Source: Rhizaria sp. SCN 62-66
Taxonomy: Eukaryota
NCBI GenBank assembly: GCA_001724265.1
Contig: MEDY01000297.1
Coordinates: 1-64,000 of the forward strand
Length of the DNA: 64,000 bases
Direction of reading: 5' to 3'
Below are positions 26,701-40,000 of this stretch, one piece after another (positions within the stretch are counted from its first letter, which is position 1; every line of letters begins with the position of its first letter). A model generated the notes under the pieces. It was not told where the DNA came from and made no database searches. It was given only the letters and a program-made list of their open reading frames with translations. A program made the translations under genes and the position numbers.

Positions 26701-29700
26701 ATGGCCAGTCGCAACTCTGTGCTTCTGAGCACGCGCAACATGCGTCGCGCCCCCACGACTGGCGGTGGCGGCCCAGGCGCAGGCTCAAGCAGCGCCACTG
26801 GTGCCGGTGCCGGCGCTGACGGCTCGGCGATCTCGGCGTTCGCGTTCTTTGAGGCCCAGGCGGCGGCTCGCGACATCACGGCCGGCAGCTCGCGCCGCGC
26901 AGCGGGTACGTCTCTCCGACAGACACTGCATGCGACTTACAGTTTGTCCAAGACTGGGACGCAATGCGGTGTTCTGCGCTCACTTTATCAAGACTTTCAT
27001 CGATACCTTTGCTCTTGATCTAACTTTCTTACGATATTTTTATGTATCCTATTTTATGCATTCTTGTTTGCTCGCTTGTCCGCTCTTCTCTGCTGCTTAG
27101 CTTCCGCCTCCGCCTCCACTGCCGCGCGCTCCGGCCCTTCCTTCGCATCGCACCAGTCATCCTCCTCGCCCTCGACGGCTCTATCGCTGCAAGAGACGAC
27201 GGCGAAGCAGGGCGCCGTGCGCGTGATTATCCGCGTCCGCCCCGTGCTTCCCAACGACCTCCGCCTCCACTCCCTCGGCAGCAACGCCAACAACAACGCC
27301 AACGGCAACGCCAGCGCGGGGGGCGCCACGGTGTGCGTGCGCGCGATGTCCCACGGCCGTCTGCACCTCGACTTCCCCGCCGCGGCCGCCGCCAACACCG
27401 CGGCCGCCGCCGCGCTCGCCGCCAGCGCCGGCTCCCCGGGCGCCACCGCGGCCGCCGCGGCCGCCGCTGCTGCTGCTGCGGCCGCGGCTGCAGGCCCCGG
27501 CGCGCCCGGGGGCGGGCAGGAGGCGCTGACGATGAGCTTCGACCTGACCGCGGACGGCCACGCGCCACAGGACTCGTTCTTCCAACAGTCTGGCGTCAAG
27601 ACCATGCTGGACGCGACGCTCGACGGGTATGCGGCGACCGTGTTTGCGTACGGCCAGACCGGGTCCGGCAAGACCTTCACCTTGACGGGCACCGACGAGA
27701 AGCTATCGGGGGGCAAAGTACGTGAGATCTCTGCCCTGGAACAAAGCGTCTTACTTGGATCGTATATGTTCAATGTTTCATATCTGCAGCGGATGCGTAT
27801 TTAAAGTAATCTTTCGATGTCTGACAGGGTTGATCTTAAGAAACCATTGCAACAATTTATTTCAACACCATATGAACGAAATTATTTCACGATATATATT
27901 GTTTTACTGCACATTTTCTTTGATCAAATTTCCATTTAGCTGCACTCGACGGTGGACGTGGACTCTGGTCTGGTGCCGCGCTCCTTCGAGTACCTCACGG
28001 CCGAGATCGCACGCCGCGACGCCACGCGGCCTGGCTCGCGCCACGTGCTGCGCGCCTCGTACATGGAGCTCTACAACGAGCAGGTTCGCGACCTGCTGAA
28101 CCCTGCCGCCGCGGACCTGGCGGTGCGCCAGCGAGCGGCCGCGGGCGGGGTCGGGACCTCGTTCTTCGTGCAGGGCCTGACGGTGGTGACGTGCGACTCG
28201 GCCGCTGACCTACACCTGCTCGCGCGCGAGGGGCACAAGAACCGCTCGGTGGCGTCGCACAACATGAATGAACACTCGTCGCGCTCGCACTCGATCCTGA
28301 CTGTCTACGTCGAGTCGCGCTCAGACAGCAACAGTGACGGCATCGACGAAAACGGCGACGAGGACGACGCCGCTGGCGCGGGCTCGAGCGGTAGCAACGG
28401 CAACAAGGCGCAGTGGGTGCGATACGGCAAGATCAGCTTCATCGACCTCGCGGGCTCGGAGACGATGAAGGGCAGCGGCATCGCGGGTGGAGAGCACCTG
28501 AAGGAGATGAACAGCATCAACAAGTCACTCTTCACGCTCGGCATGGTCATCTCTACGCTGGGCGACATCAGTGTCGGCCGGAAGCCCGCTGGGACGTTCA
28601 TTCCGTACCGCAACTCGAAGCTCACGATGCTGCTGGCCGACTCGCTGGGCGGCAACTCCTTGGCGATGATGGTGGCCTGCGTGTCGCCCATCGCGGCCAG
28701 CATCGAGGAGACGCGCCGCACGCTCGTCTACGCGGCGACGACGCGCAGCATTAAGAACCGGCCCGAGGCCGTGGTTGACCCGCGCACGCGCCTGCTGTGG
28801 AAGTTCAGGGAGGAGTGCGCGCGGCTGCGGTCCGAGAACGCCGTGCTGCGCAACCTGCTCACAGACAGCGGCATCGCGCTGCCAAGTACGTGAATAAGCG
28901 GCAAATTGTTCAAGATTTAATTTATACGTTTGTTCCATCGATATTCTGGTGTATGTTTAAAATTCTCGTCAATAATTAACGATCTTTGTGCTTATATAAT
29001 CTCTTTTAATGTGTTCGCTTGCTTTGTTATCGATACGCTTTAGGTTTCCTGAGCGTGACTGGCGCTGCGGCGGCGGAGACCGAGGCGGCACGGCAGCAGA
29101 GCCAGGACGACGACGGCGACGATGAAGCCACTGCGGCGGCCAAGGCCGCTGGCAAGGCCGCTGCCGCTGTTGCCGGCGAAGGCGCGCTCTCAGATGTACG
29201 TCCTAAATATGAGATCGATTATCACAGTGTCGAGTTTTTCTTGTCATAAGTTCTTATTCTTATTGCAGATTGAGGAGTTTTGATCCGAACAATAGCTAGG
29301 TGTTTATAACTCACGTATATATCTTCAATTCACTCTAATTTTGTTTCGCAGTCCCCGTGCCCGCACTGCGGCGGCACCGGCGGCGGCGCCAAGGGCGCGC
29401 TGGTGACCGCGGACGCGCGCGCGCTTATGCAGGACAACGCGGCGCTGCGCAACCGCATCGCAGCGCTGCTGGGCGCGTTCGGCGAGGGCGGCAGCGGCGA
29501 CGGCAGCACCAGTCGCCGCAGCAGCTACAACGGAGATAATGACGCCGATTATGATGATGGGAATGATAATGGTATGAATAACAACTACGGCTACAACAAC
29601 AATGACAACGGCAACAATGGTGGTTATATCCAATATCAGCGGCAGCAGCAGCAGCAGCCGCAGCAGCAGCAGCAGCAACAAAACTTGCTGCCCTACTACC

Positions 29701-31231
29701 CACAGCAGCAGCAACAGCAGCCACAGCACCCACAGCAGCAGTATCAGCAAATGTCGCCGAGTAACAACCAAAACAACAACAACAGCAACTACTACTCTAA
29801 CAACAATAGCGGCGCGCTTGTTGTTGCAACGCCCAACGGTGTACCAGGCTTGAGCATTGACACAAACAATAGCAACTACAACAATAACAACAATGGTTAC
29901 TACGGCAATAACAATGGCTATGCCAACAACAACGGCTACAACAATGGCAACAATGGTTACAACAACGGCAACAACTACAACAACTATAACAGCAATACCT
30001 CGTGGCCGCAGCCGTCTGTTCCTACACCACGCAACACGCACGACGCATACAGGTACGGCTTAACCTATGCGGCGAGAGTTGTGGTTCTGTATAATCATGA
30101 GATTAACATTATTCTATGCATTCCTATGTCTCGTACGCTTGAAGCATCGCTCACTTTTCCTGCACTTTTCGCTATTTTCCTTATTTGTTGTTTCCCCTCC
30201 GCAGCAACAAGAAGGCTCTATCGGACAAGTTCCTGATGCGCCTCACGAACGAGCGGCTGCACAAAGCCCTGGCGCGCATGCAGCTGCGCGAGGCCGAGCT
30301 CAGCGCGCAGGTGCGCACGCTGACGCAGCAGCTGGACGAGATGAGGCGCGCCGAGTACGTGCGGGCGCAGCAGGCGCAGATTGCTGCGCTGGAAGGCAAC
30401 AACTACAGCAACAACTACAACAACAACAACATGGGTTATGGCAACAACGGTGGTTTCAGCAACAACAGCAGTAGAGGCACCGGTAATGAGCCCTTGTGGC
30501 TGTCAGACGGCCCCGAACAGGCTCCCATTCCCCCTTCGCCTTCGGCTGCGGGCTTGATGCAACAGCAACAGCAGCAGCAACAGCCGGCGTTTCAGCAGCA
30601 GCAGATGTCAGTCCCGGCTCAACCGCAGTACGCATACGCCGAGGGGTATCTCGCCGCGAGCAATGCCAACCCACCTTCTGCTATCAGCAACGCAAACGCC
30701 AAGCCCCCCACCAACCCCGGCGCCCGGGCCGCGACCGCTGCCGCTGGCACTGGCGCCGGCGCCGGCATCCTCGCCGTGCCGGCCCCCGCCGCCGCTGGCG
30801 CCGCCGCTAAGGGCAGCACGATTGTCCACAGCCGGTCCGCGTCGCGCTCGTTCTCCGCCGCCGCCAGCGGGCCTTCAGCAGCATCGACAACTTCGGCAGC
30901 AGCAGCGGCGGCGACGCTGGTGACGCCCGCAGTGCCGGCGACGGCAGCGGCGATGTCCCCGCTGCCCTCGCGCGGTGGCAGCGCCAACACGGTTGCGAGC
31001 AGCAGCAGCACCGGCCGGCAGCGGTCCGCGGTCTTTTCGTTCGGCTACAACACGCCCAGCGCGGGCGCGAGCAACGGCACTGGCCTCAACAGCGCGGGCG
31101 CCGGTAACAGCAACAGCGGCGGCAGCGGCGGCGGCGGTGGCGCGGGCTTGAGGGGCAAGGGCGCCTCGGTGGCCGAGTCGCTTGCGCTCGCTGCGGCAGG
31201 CTCGAGCAGCATTAACACAGCCACGAAGTGA
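26701..31231 (+). CDS. Kinesin motor protein, KIF12/kinesin-16-like (~1215 aa)
   Basis: Exons 26701-26905, 27101-27717, 27940-28885, 29044-29195, 29352-30052 and 30205-31231. Motifs FAYGQTGSGKT, NEHSSRSH, DLAGSE and IPYRNSKLTMLLADSLGG, followed by coiled coils. Stop TGA. The subfamily call is from recalled motif similarity. Confidence 0.9.
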
Positions 31232-32496
31232 CGACTCGAAGTTGATTCCACAATACGTATCCATGTCCGCCTTAAGTTTCATTATGTATTCTCTCCGTTT
31301 AGGGTTGTTTCGATTGTGGAGGCAACCAACTTATCTTACTATTTTTTAATAACTGATTTGATTGTTTCGCTTATCTAGTGTATCCTTATCGACAATAGAC
31401 CAGAGAACAGGGTTCTGCTGTTTCAATACATCATTAACAAGAACACCAACACAATGATGATCTAAACGAACGCGTTCCACCTCAAGAGCTCAGGCACCTC
31501 CTCATGAAGCACTCTCAGCAGTGGAGTTGCATGCTATTTCTGACAGCGATTAATGTCATCGTCTAAGCGCAATCGCACTGCACGATGCATTGACCATATG
31601 GTGGGTGTGGAACAAGCGTCTAACCATGCGAACGTGAGTGCTTAGAATGGCACATATGCACTATATACGCTATACCGCGGACTATTTTAAACAAGCTATA
31701 CTACTAAGCTCTTAATTGTGAGTCATCGCCGATACATTGTTTATTCCCAATTTCAAAGCCAGATGTTGCCAAGCCTGAACCATGGGAAGTGATAGTGACG
31801 TGGGCACCAGGTGACCACCAGCGACCGGATGTCCAATGTACTTTTTGAAAACAGCATTTACAAACTTATGTCTAACAATTTCCTCAGTCGACGTTGATTT
31901 TGATTGGGCCCTTATTAATTGTGATCAGATGTCGACAATGATCATGGAGTCAGAGGCTTCTCGGGCTGCGGAGGAGTTCCTGGCAAACTTGCCAGGCTCC
32001 ATGCTTAGTACCAGAGCAAGCACTTAAAGTGGCTCGAGGTTGACTCGGACGTCGCGTTTTTCTGTGTCTGCCGCGGCTTTAGGGCGGACGAAAACAACCC
32101 TGCGAAGATTCGCGTTAACAAGTTATATGATTGGATCAAGGCCAGTCAGGCACACTTACTGCACTTTAAATCATTTCAGTTCGTTATAGATTCAAGTCAC
32201 AACAAGAAGGTAAGTGAGGCCACAAACATTTTTTACTGGTTCAAGCCAATATGCGCTGAGCACTATCACATCCCTGCTGCGACCGCAATATGCTCACGGT
32301 CACTGGTCACTTGAGATTCTGGGGGCGACTCGGGTCAGGCTTGGCATCATTTTTGAACGAGGTGTATCCACTTAAAGAGTTGTTAAAACAAGCTGCTGTA
32401 ATAATAAAACAATTAAAACGGAAATGTTCTATTTAATTGCTTATGGAAAATTTGCGGAACGTTTCTTTACACGCTTTCTCATTTGTTTTGTAGGTG

Positions 32497-33752
32497 ATGT
32501 CCGCTCCGTCCTGGCTCAACGAGTCCCACGTTGCACTTATCACAGGCGCTACTGGCACTATCGGTTGCGAGATTGCGCTCGGGCTTGCTAAGACCAAGGC
32601 CACGGTGATTCTCGCCGTCCGCGACGTCGAGAAGGTTCGTATTTCTTGTCCCATCCCCGCTCGTCACTTCTGCCTTCTCTGACCTCTTGCTCACCCATCA
32701 CCTCTTTCTCTCTCTGCAATACACGTTCTTGCCCTCATTTGCTCCCCGCCCCAAGGGCGAGAAGCTCGCTGCGTCTCTTACGGAGCGTACCGGCAATGCC
32801 AACATCTCGGTGGAGTCTTGCGACTTCGACCGCCTCCAATCTGCCTACGCGCTGGCCGAGCGTGTGTCGACCAAGCACGGGGGCGTGCTCCACCTCCTCG
32901 TCAACTGCGTCTCCACCGTTCCCAAGAAGAAGCTGCTCACCAGCGACGGTATCGAGAGCCAGTTTGCGGTCAACGTGTTGAGTTACTTCGCCCTCACCGC
33001 GGCCCTCCAGCCCCTTCTCAAGGCCGCTGCCAAGGCCAGCTCCGACGCCGACAAAGGAACCGTGGTCGCCTCCGCTAGTAGCGCCAGCATTGGCCCTGGC
33101 TCCGGTGCCAAGGCGGCAGCGACTGCCCACAGCGCGGAGGCTGTTGAGGTGGGCGCGGGCGCGCGCGTGGTGAACGTGGCGGCGTTCCTGGCCGGCGAGG
33201 TGGACCTCAAGGACACCGAGTTCACAGCCCGGCCCTACGACGCGCAGCGCGGGTTCAAGCAGACCAAGGCGTTCGTGCGCATGATCACCGCTGAGGCCGC
33301 AAAGCGGTACAGGGGCGACGGCATCGCGGTTAACTGCTGCCACCCGGGCGTGGTGACTTCGCCCGTCCTCGCCGGGCTCGGTACGGAAACGAAACTAACA
33401 TCATTATAATATATCGCCGAAATACCGGACTTCAAGTTTATGAATAACATTTTGGACTATCGAAAATATCTTTCTATGTGAAAATAAGTTTGAATTTATT
33501 GTGCTAACACATGCTTCCCCAAATTCGTTGTTTTTATTATCCCTCGCAGGGTACCCGCGGGGCACTCAGTCCGCGGACCAGGCCGCGCAGACACCCCTGT
33601 TCCTGTGTCTGTCGCCCACGGTCGTCGGCGAGACGGGCCGCTACTTCCGCGACTGCAAGGTGGCTGAGGACGAGTTCGGCAGTGACGGCGGCAAGTGCGC
33701 GGCGCTGTGGCAGGCGTGCGAGAGCAAGATCGGCGCCGTCGTCAAGGTCTAA
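32497..33752 (+). CDS. Short-chain dehydrogenase/reductase, retinol-dehydrogenase-like
   Basis: Exons 32497-32634, 32756-33380 and 33550-33752. Motifs ALITGATGTIG, DGIESQFAVN, HPGVVTS and GRYF. Stop TAA. Confidence 0.85.
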
Positions 33753-34094
33753 GGACGCTATCAAAACACAAGAACACAAGCTAACAGTTCGCGGCGAGCA
33801 GTTCGCCTTGATAAAGAAAAAGTAGAGATAAAAGGAAAATCGATGTGTTTGATTGAAAAACAAGAGGAAGGGACGAATGCACTGCAATACAAGAGTCTAG
33901 AATACACTTGATTCTACAACTTATGTCAAGCAGGATTTGAAACGAAGGTGATACGCAGGATAAATTAATAAAATGTGAAACTGTTTTATTTGTTCATTTA
34001 CGAATATCTAATGTAACGATGCCTTACTATTGATTATATTAAACTCGATCGGACGTCATATTTAGTACTTTGCATTTGCAAAGCAGTGCGTGCA

Positions 34095-37000
34095 TCACAG
34101 CAAGTTGCACTTGCCCTTGTGATAGCACGTCTCGGCCATGTGCCCGCAGTGCGAGTTAACCGTGCGGCCGCCGACAACGCGAATCACCCAGTCAAACAGG
34201 CTCTCGCCGCGCTCGGGCTCGCCGTGGAAGCGCCGCAGTGGTGGCCACACCGTGCCAGTCGCCAGAGCAGAGCCGTTGTAGGCACGGGCGAACGCAGCGC
34301 GGGCCAGCGCCTCTGCGGGGCTCACCGCGGCCGTTGCCGTGGTTGCCGCGACGGTCAGAGCGCCGGGCTGAAGAGGCTTGGTGACTGCGGGTTGAGAGGG
34401 CGAAAGTACGTCGTCATCGTCGTCGCCTCCGACGACAATCGCAGTTTCCGTAGTCGTGCGAGAGACCTTAGCATTGCCGCTGTCAGTCATCGCATCAGTC
34501 TTCGTCTCAGCCTCCGTCTTGGTTGCCATAGCAACAAGAGCAGTCTCTGTCTCGTTCTTAATCTCAGTCTTGATCTCAGATTCGGCTTCAGGCTTGACCT
34601 CAGCGATGCCACTGTCAGGGTTGACGGAGGAGGACGTCTTCGCATTGTTGAGCGAAAGTGCGCCGAGACTGACGGGCGACACCATCTGCAGCTTCTGCTG
34701 CTGCTGCTGACCCTGTCCCAGCTGTTGCTGAGGCTGTGGCTTAGGGGCAAAGAACGACAGGATACTTGGCTGTACAGACGCGCGTGCGGGCTTGGCCTTC
34801 GCAGCCGCGGCGGCAGGACTTGCACTGGAGCTAGCAGAGCTCGCAGCAGAGACAGGAGCAGGGCTAGGCAACTTGACAACAGTGTTCGAATTAATGCTCG
34901 AAGCAGCACCGCCATCAACATCTGAAGAGGCGATCACAGCAGGAGCGCCAACCGCGGGACTGTTACGCTTTGGCTGCTGCTGCTGCTGCTGCTGTTGTGC
35001 ATCGCTGTCATTAATCGCAGCAGGTGTCTCTTGCTCTTGTTTAACCGCGTTATCGCTCAGGTCTAAGGGCCGCTTAATCCCGCGGCTCTCAGATAATGCA
35101 CTGAGACCGCTGCTAGGAGTCACGGCACTGATCCCGGATAAACTGTCAGCACGCTGTGGCGTCACTGTCACGCCAAACTTGGCCAAGCTACTCGCACTAG
35201 TCCCCGCAGAGCTGCTGCTCTTATTCGCACCATCAGGAGCCAAGTCCTCGGCGACGGAGCTGGGACTCGCCATGTTAGCGTCGCTGTTGTTGCTGCTCGC
35301 TAAGGGCGCAATGCCCTTCTTGCTTTGCGGCGTATCCGCGCCCCACCAGTGCGCGGCGCCTTGGCCCAGCGTGCCGTAACTCTGCCCGTGCGCGCCGCCG
35401 CCGCCGCTGCCGTCTCCGATAACAGTGACCTGCTTGCTGGCGGCGACATGTGCGCAGTACTGGTGCACGAGCAGCCAGAGCCCGCGCACAGTGAGGCCCG
35501 CCGCGCGGACCACGGCGACAAAGCGCGGCGCCGCCTCGGCCTGCGCCACGGCGAACGTGTGGTAGAGCAGCGAGCGGTCGCAGAGCCCCGCGGCGACCCA
35601 CTGCAGCGCGAGCTTGAGCGCCACGTCGCCGCCGAACGCGCCACAGCCCCAGTTGCCGGTGGAGATACACGAGTAGAGCGTGGAGTGCGTGAAGGGCGGG
35701 GGCAGCGGGAACGGAGGCGCCCCGGAGACAGCAATCGAGCTAGAGCTACTGTCACTCATTGGAGCCGCCGCAATCGCCCCAGAACTGCTGCTGCTGCTGC
35801 TACTGCTTCGAGCTGCATCGTTGCTGCTGGACGCGAGCACAAAGGGCGCAGTGAGCTGCTCTAGCGGCGCGGGCGCGAGCGTCTGCACCGGGAACGAGAA
35901 GGCCGCCAGCGCCTTGAGCAGCTCGCGGCGCACGGCGGAGAAGGTGAACTGCGCCTGCGGGCTGTGGAAGGCGAGCGCGTCGACGGCCACGATAGCGTTG
36001 GCGACGCGGCCGAAGGCGTCGTACGGCGTGGGGTCCACGTACGGTCCCGCGAAGGCGAAGGAGCGCGAGTAGCCGGTGTAGCTGGAGAAGCGCTCGGCGC
36101 CGACGATGTAGACGACTTCCTTGGGGTCGAGCCGCTCGGCGACCGCAAGCGTGACCAGGCACTCGGGCTTAATCAGGAACAGGATCTCTTCCTGGACGGC
36201 GCCGGAGCGGAGCACGCCGCCACCGAGGAACTTGTTCGCGAAGTCGGCGTGGATGGTCTGCACCGGCGTCGCAGAGGCGAGCGAGATCGCACGAGGAGCA
36301 GCGCTAGATGCTTGGCTGCCGTTCGCGTTGTCGGTGCTGTCTGCGCTGTTTTCGTCGACATCGTCTAAGCCGTCGCTGTCACCATAGTCATCGTCAGAGT
36401 CATCATCGTCATAGAACGCACTGGCGCTGGCACTACTGCCGCGGCTATCACTGTTCGCGCGCGAGCGACGGCGCCTCGCGGGGCGCGGCGCGCGCGACAG
36501 CATGGTGGCCAGCACCGTAGCCGCGGCGTCGGAGCTGTACGTCGCGCCCATGAACTCCACGGGTGCAGTCAGCACGGGGGCGTCTGTGGTGCGCGCGAAG
36601 TGGGACTGCGGTGCAGTCGTCGCGCTCACCGTTGCGCTCGCAGGTGCATCGACGACAGCATCAGAACGAGAGCTAGAGCTAGAGTCGGAGCAAGAAATAG
36701 CGTTATGCTGTGCAGATGTAAGTGCCCCCTTAGAGGGGATCGTGATCGGGGCCGGTACAACGTCTTCAATGCCACCGCCGTCGACAAAGCTGATGGGCGG
36801 CAGCAGAGCGTTGGCGTTGCGGTGAGGCAAGAACTGGCCGTGCAACAACAGGTCAGGCGTCGGCACTACAGCTGCTGTTTCCGTTGTAGTCGCAGCAGAA
36901 GTCGTGGCATCACCGCCGTTGACTGCAGACAGTGCAATGTACTCTGCAAGTGACCGTGACACAGTGAACCCGTCGCCCTGGAGCGAGCCGCGCGCGGCGG

Positions 37001-40000
37001 GCGCTAAGGGGGTACTTGCACTTGCGCCGGCCGGCATGGTGGAGTGGGTGCGAACAAGCCCCGTCACGGCGGCAGCCTTGGCGGCCCGGACGGCGCCGGT
37101 CTCGGGCGGACTCACGCAGTACAGCGCGGTCAAGATCGTGGGGCCGGAGTCACGGCCGCTCACGGTCTTAGACGCAGACGACGACAGCGACGAAGACGCA
37201 GGCGAGACACTGTCGACATTGTCAGGCATCGGTACAGAGCTATCAGACATGACAACTGCGTTGCTCGAGTCCGCGCCAGCAGTGCCAGCGCTCGGATTCA
37301 CAGCGGTGTCTGAAGTGACCGTAAGAACGTGGCGGTACACACTGATAATGCCTCGCAGGTTACGCGCGCGCTTCCGCAGCGCACTCTGACTCTGCGCACC
37401 TGCAGTCGCGTTCACAGCGGCCGTAGCGGCGGCGACGGCGGCCCTCATGCGGTCGCGCATTGTGAGGAAATACTGGAACACACAGTCGAGCTTGGCGACC
37501 TGGCAGCCGATCACGCCCCAGTCCCCCGCCTCCCGACCGTAAGCGGCCCCCGCATCGCCACTATGGGCGGACGCAATGCGCCTGTTGTGGATGCGGCTGT
37601 AAAGCTCGAGAAAGCACAAGTGCGGGTAATATCCAGCTTTGTTTGCGTTTGTGCTGTTGCTGCTGCCGCCTTTACTCTTGCCAGCATTCGAGCTTGAGAT
37701 GGGGCTATTGCTCGCCGCGTTGTTCGGCAGTGGCTTCTTCATGTAGATAGATCCCGGCGACTTGGAGACTGCAGTGTCAGGACTGTTTGCGGTCGCGCCC
37801 GCGTTGGCGGGGTTGACAGCGACAGGCCTCGTTTGCACAGTGTGCACAGTGATCGGCTGTCCGACGAGCCCAAACAGCGCGCACGCGAGCAGAGAGGCGA
37901 CGAATTGCCGCGGTAGGTGCAGTGCGGCGCCGGCGTCCAGGTCAACGAAGCCGCCGCTGGCCCGCGGGTCAGGGTCGAACCGCGGGTTGTTGCGGCGCCG
38001 GCGACTGTGTCCGGAACCATGACCGTGAGCTGCAGTGAGACGGCGGCCGTGGGTAACGTTGTACAGAGACGTCACGCCTCCCTCGTCCTCGTCATCATCA
38101 TCACTGCTGTTTTCACCGATGGCTGCACCACTGGCAGCCTTTCCAGCAGTCTTCTTCGCTTCCCTCGCGACAGCGGCGGCCGCGGCGGCCCTGTCGCTGG
38201 CTGCGGCTGCGCGGCCCTCCTTGGCGCGCAGCGTTGGGAGCAGGCAGTCGCCGTAGCGCGCCGCCAGCGCCGCCAGCGGGGGCAGCCGCGCGCGCGAGAC
38301 GCGGCCGCGTAGCGCGCTGAGCGCGGCGGCGGTCAGGGACTGCGGGGGCAGGTAGCGGCTGTGGGAAACCAGCAGGGGGCTGGGACCCGAGTGCGACTGA
38401 GACTGGGACTGGGATTGCGACTGGGCGGTAGGATTCGCAGTCGTCGTCGCGCTGGCGCCAACAGCCAACGACTGCGTCTGCTCATAGTCACTGTCGTCGC
38501 TGCTATCATCGTCATCCTCGGTTTCATTCTCGCTCACACTCGCACTGGCACTGGCGATGGCACTGACACTGGCACGATTAGCGTCTGCATTAGTCATATT
38601 CGTGTCATCATCACCACGAGCATCTGCAATGACAGGAGCAGCAGCAACAGCAGGACTCCGACGACCGGGTTGACTTGAGTCAACCTTGCTCCCGCCACCA
38701 CTTACATCCTTGCGCGGGGTCCTTAGATCCCTGCACGCGCCGCCACTCGCGCGCTTCCAAGCCCAGCCGCCCTTAACGGCGGCCCCAGCACGGCAGCGCG
38801 AGTCTGCGCCCAGCCCTGCGGCGGCAGTAGCGCCAGGTAGCGCCGCAGGCCGCGCGCGGAGGCCAGGACCTCGGCGTAGGGCCGCGCGGGGGCCGAGCGG
38901 GCGAGCTGGCGCCAGTGCAGCAGCGACGGGGGCTCCGGGCTCGACGCGGCGCTGGCGGTCGCACTGGCGCTGCTGCTGCTGCTGCTGCTGCTGGTACCGG
39001 CAGTCGAACCAGAGAGACTAGAGCTCGAACGAGAGGTATCTTTGTCCGCAGTGGTGTTATTGGGCGCTGAGGTGTACTCAGTGTAATAAAGAGGCCTCAC
39101 GCCCGTGCTGCCGTTGTTGTACGAACTCCGACCGCTATAGCCGCCATACGCGTTGCCGCTGCCGCTGCTGTTGCTGTTCAGCGCGGCCGACTCAGCGGCG
39201 CTGAGCGGGTCGGGCTCGGCGCCGCCCTGCGGCAGATGCGGCGCTTGCGACGGCAACGCGTCGACGGGCTGCGAGAAGAGCACGCCCAGCAGCGCGTCGG
39301 GCGGGTTGCACAGGCTGGCGATGAAGGACGACGGGTGCTGGGCCAGGTACAGCAACGCACGCGCACTAGAGCTCGCTGCACTGGAGCTCGCACTTGCACT
39401 TGAACTCGAACTGGCGCTAACGCTAGAGCTTGCGTTGTTGTTGCTGTTGATGGTGGGGAATTGTACGTAGGGCGGCTGTAAGTACCCTGCTCGTGCCAGT
39501 GTAGGGTCGTTCGCGGCCGCGGCCTCGCAGGCCCTTACATGCGCGAGGTAGCTCTGGCGTGTAAGGGCCAGCACCGACGCTGGCACGGCACCGGTGTTTG
39601 GAATGCGCCGTGCGTGCCCGGCATAATTGCCGTCAGCGTTGCCGTTGTTGTTGTAGTTTTGCGTGTTTGTTGTCGTGGTCAGCAGCGACTGCGGCACGAT
39701 TGCCCACCCGCAGTGCACGTACAGAAGCGCCATCGCCACGCTGTTCGGCGACAGCAGACAGTACCCCGCACCCGCTCCCGCAGCAGCAGCACTCGCGGAC
39801 GCACTTGCACTTGCGCTAGAGGAAGTGGCCGCGGTGTAGGTGGAGAAGCGCCGCGGGTTGGCCAGGAACGCGCTGACCTGCAGCATGCGGTGCCAACGCC
39901 ACGCGAGCGCGGGGTGGTGTGGCAGCAGCAAGTACGACGAGGGGATGAAGCCGCGCGGGTTGCCGTAATAATACGGACGACGGCGACGATTGGAGTGCTG

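Noticed and set aside
31454-31543. Possible C/D box snoRNA (ATGATGA...CTGA)
   Set aside because: No terminal stem or recognisable rRNA guide. It would need an Infernal or snoscan search.
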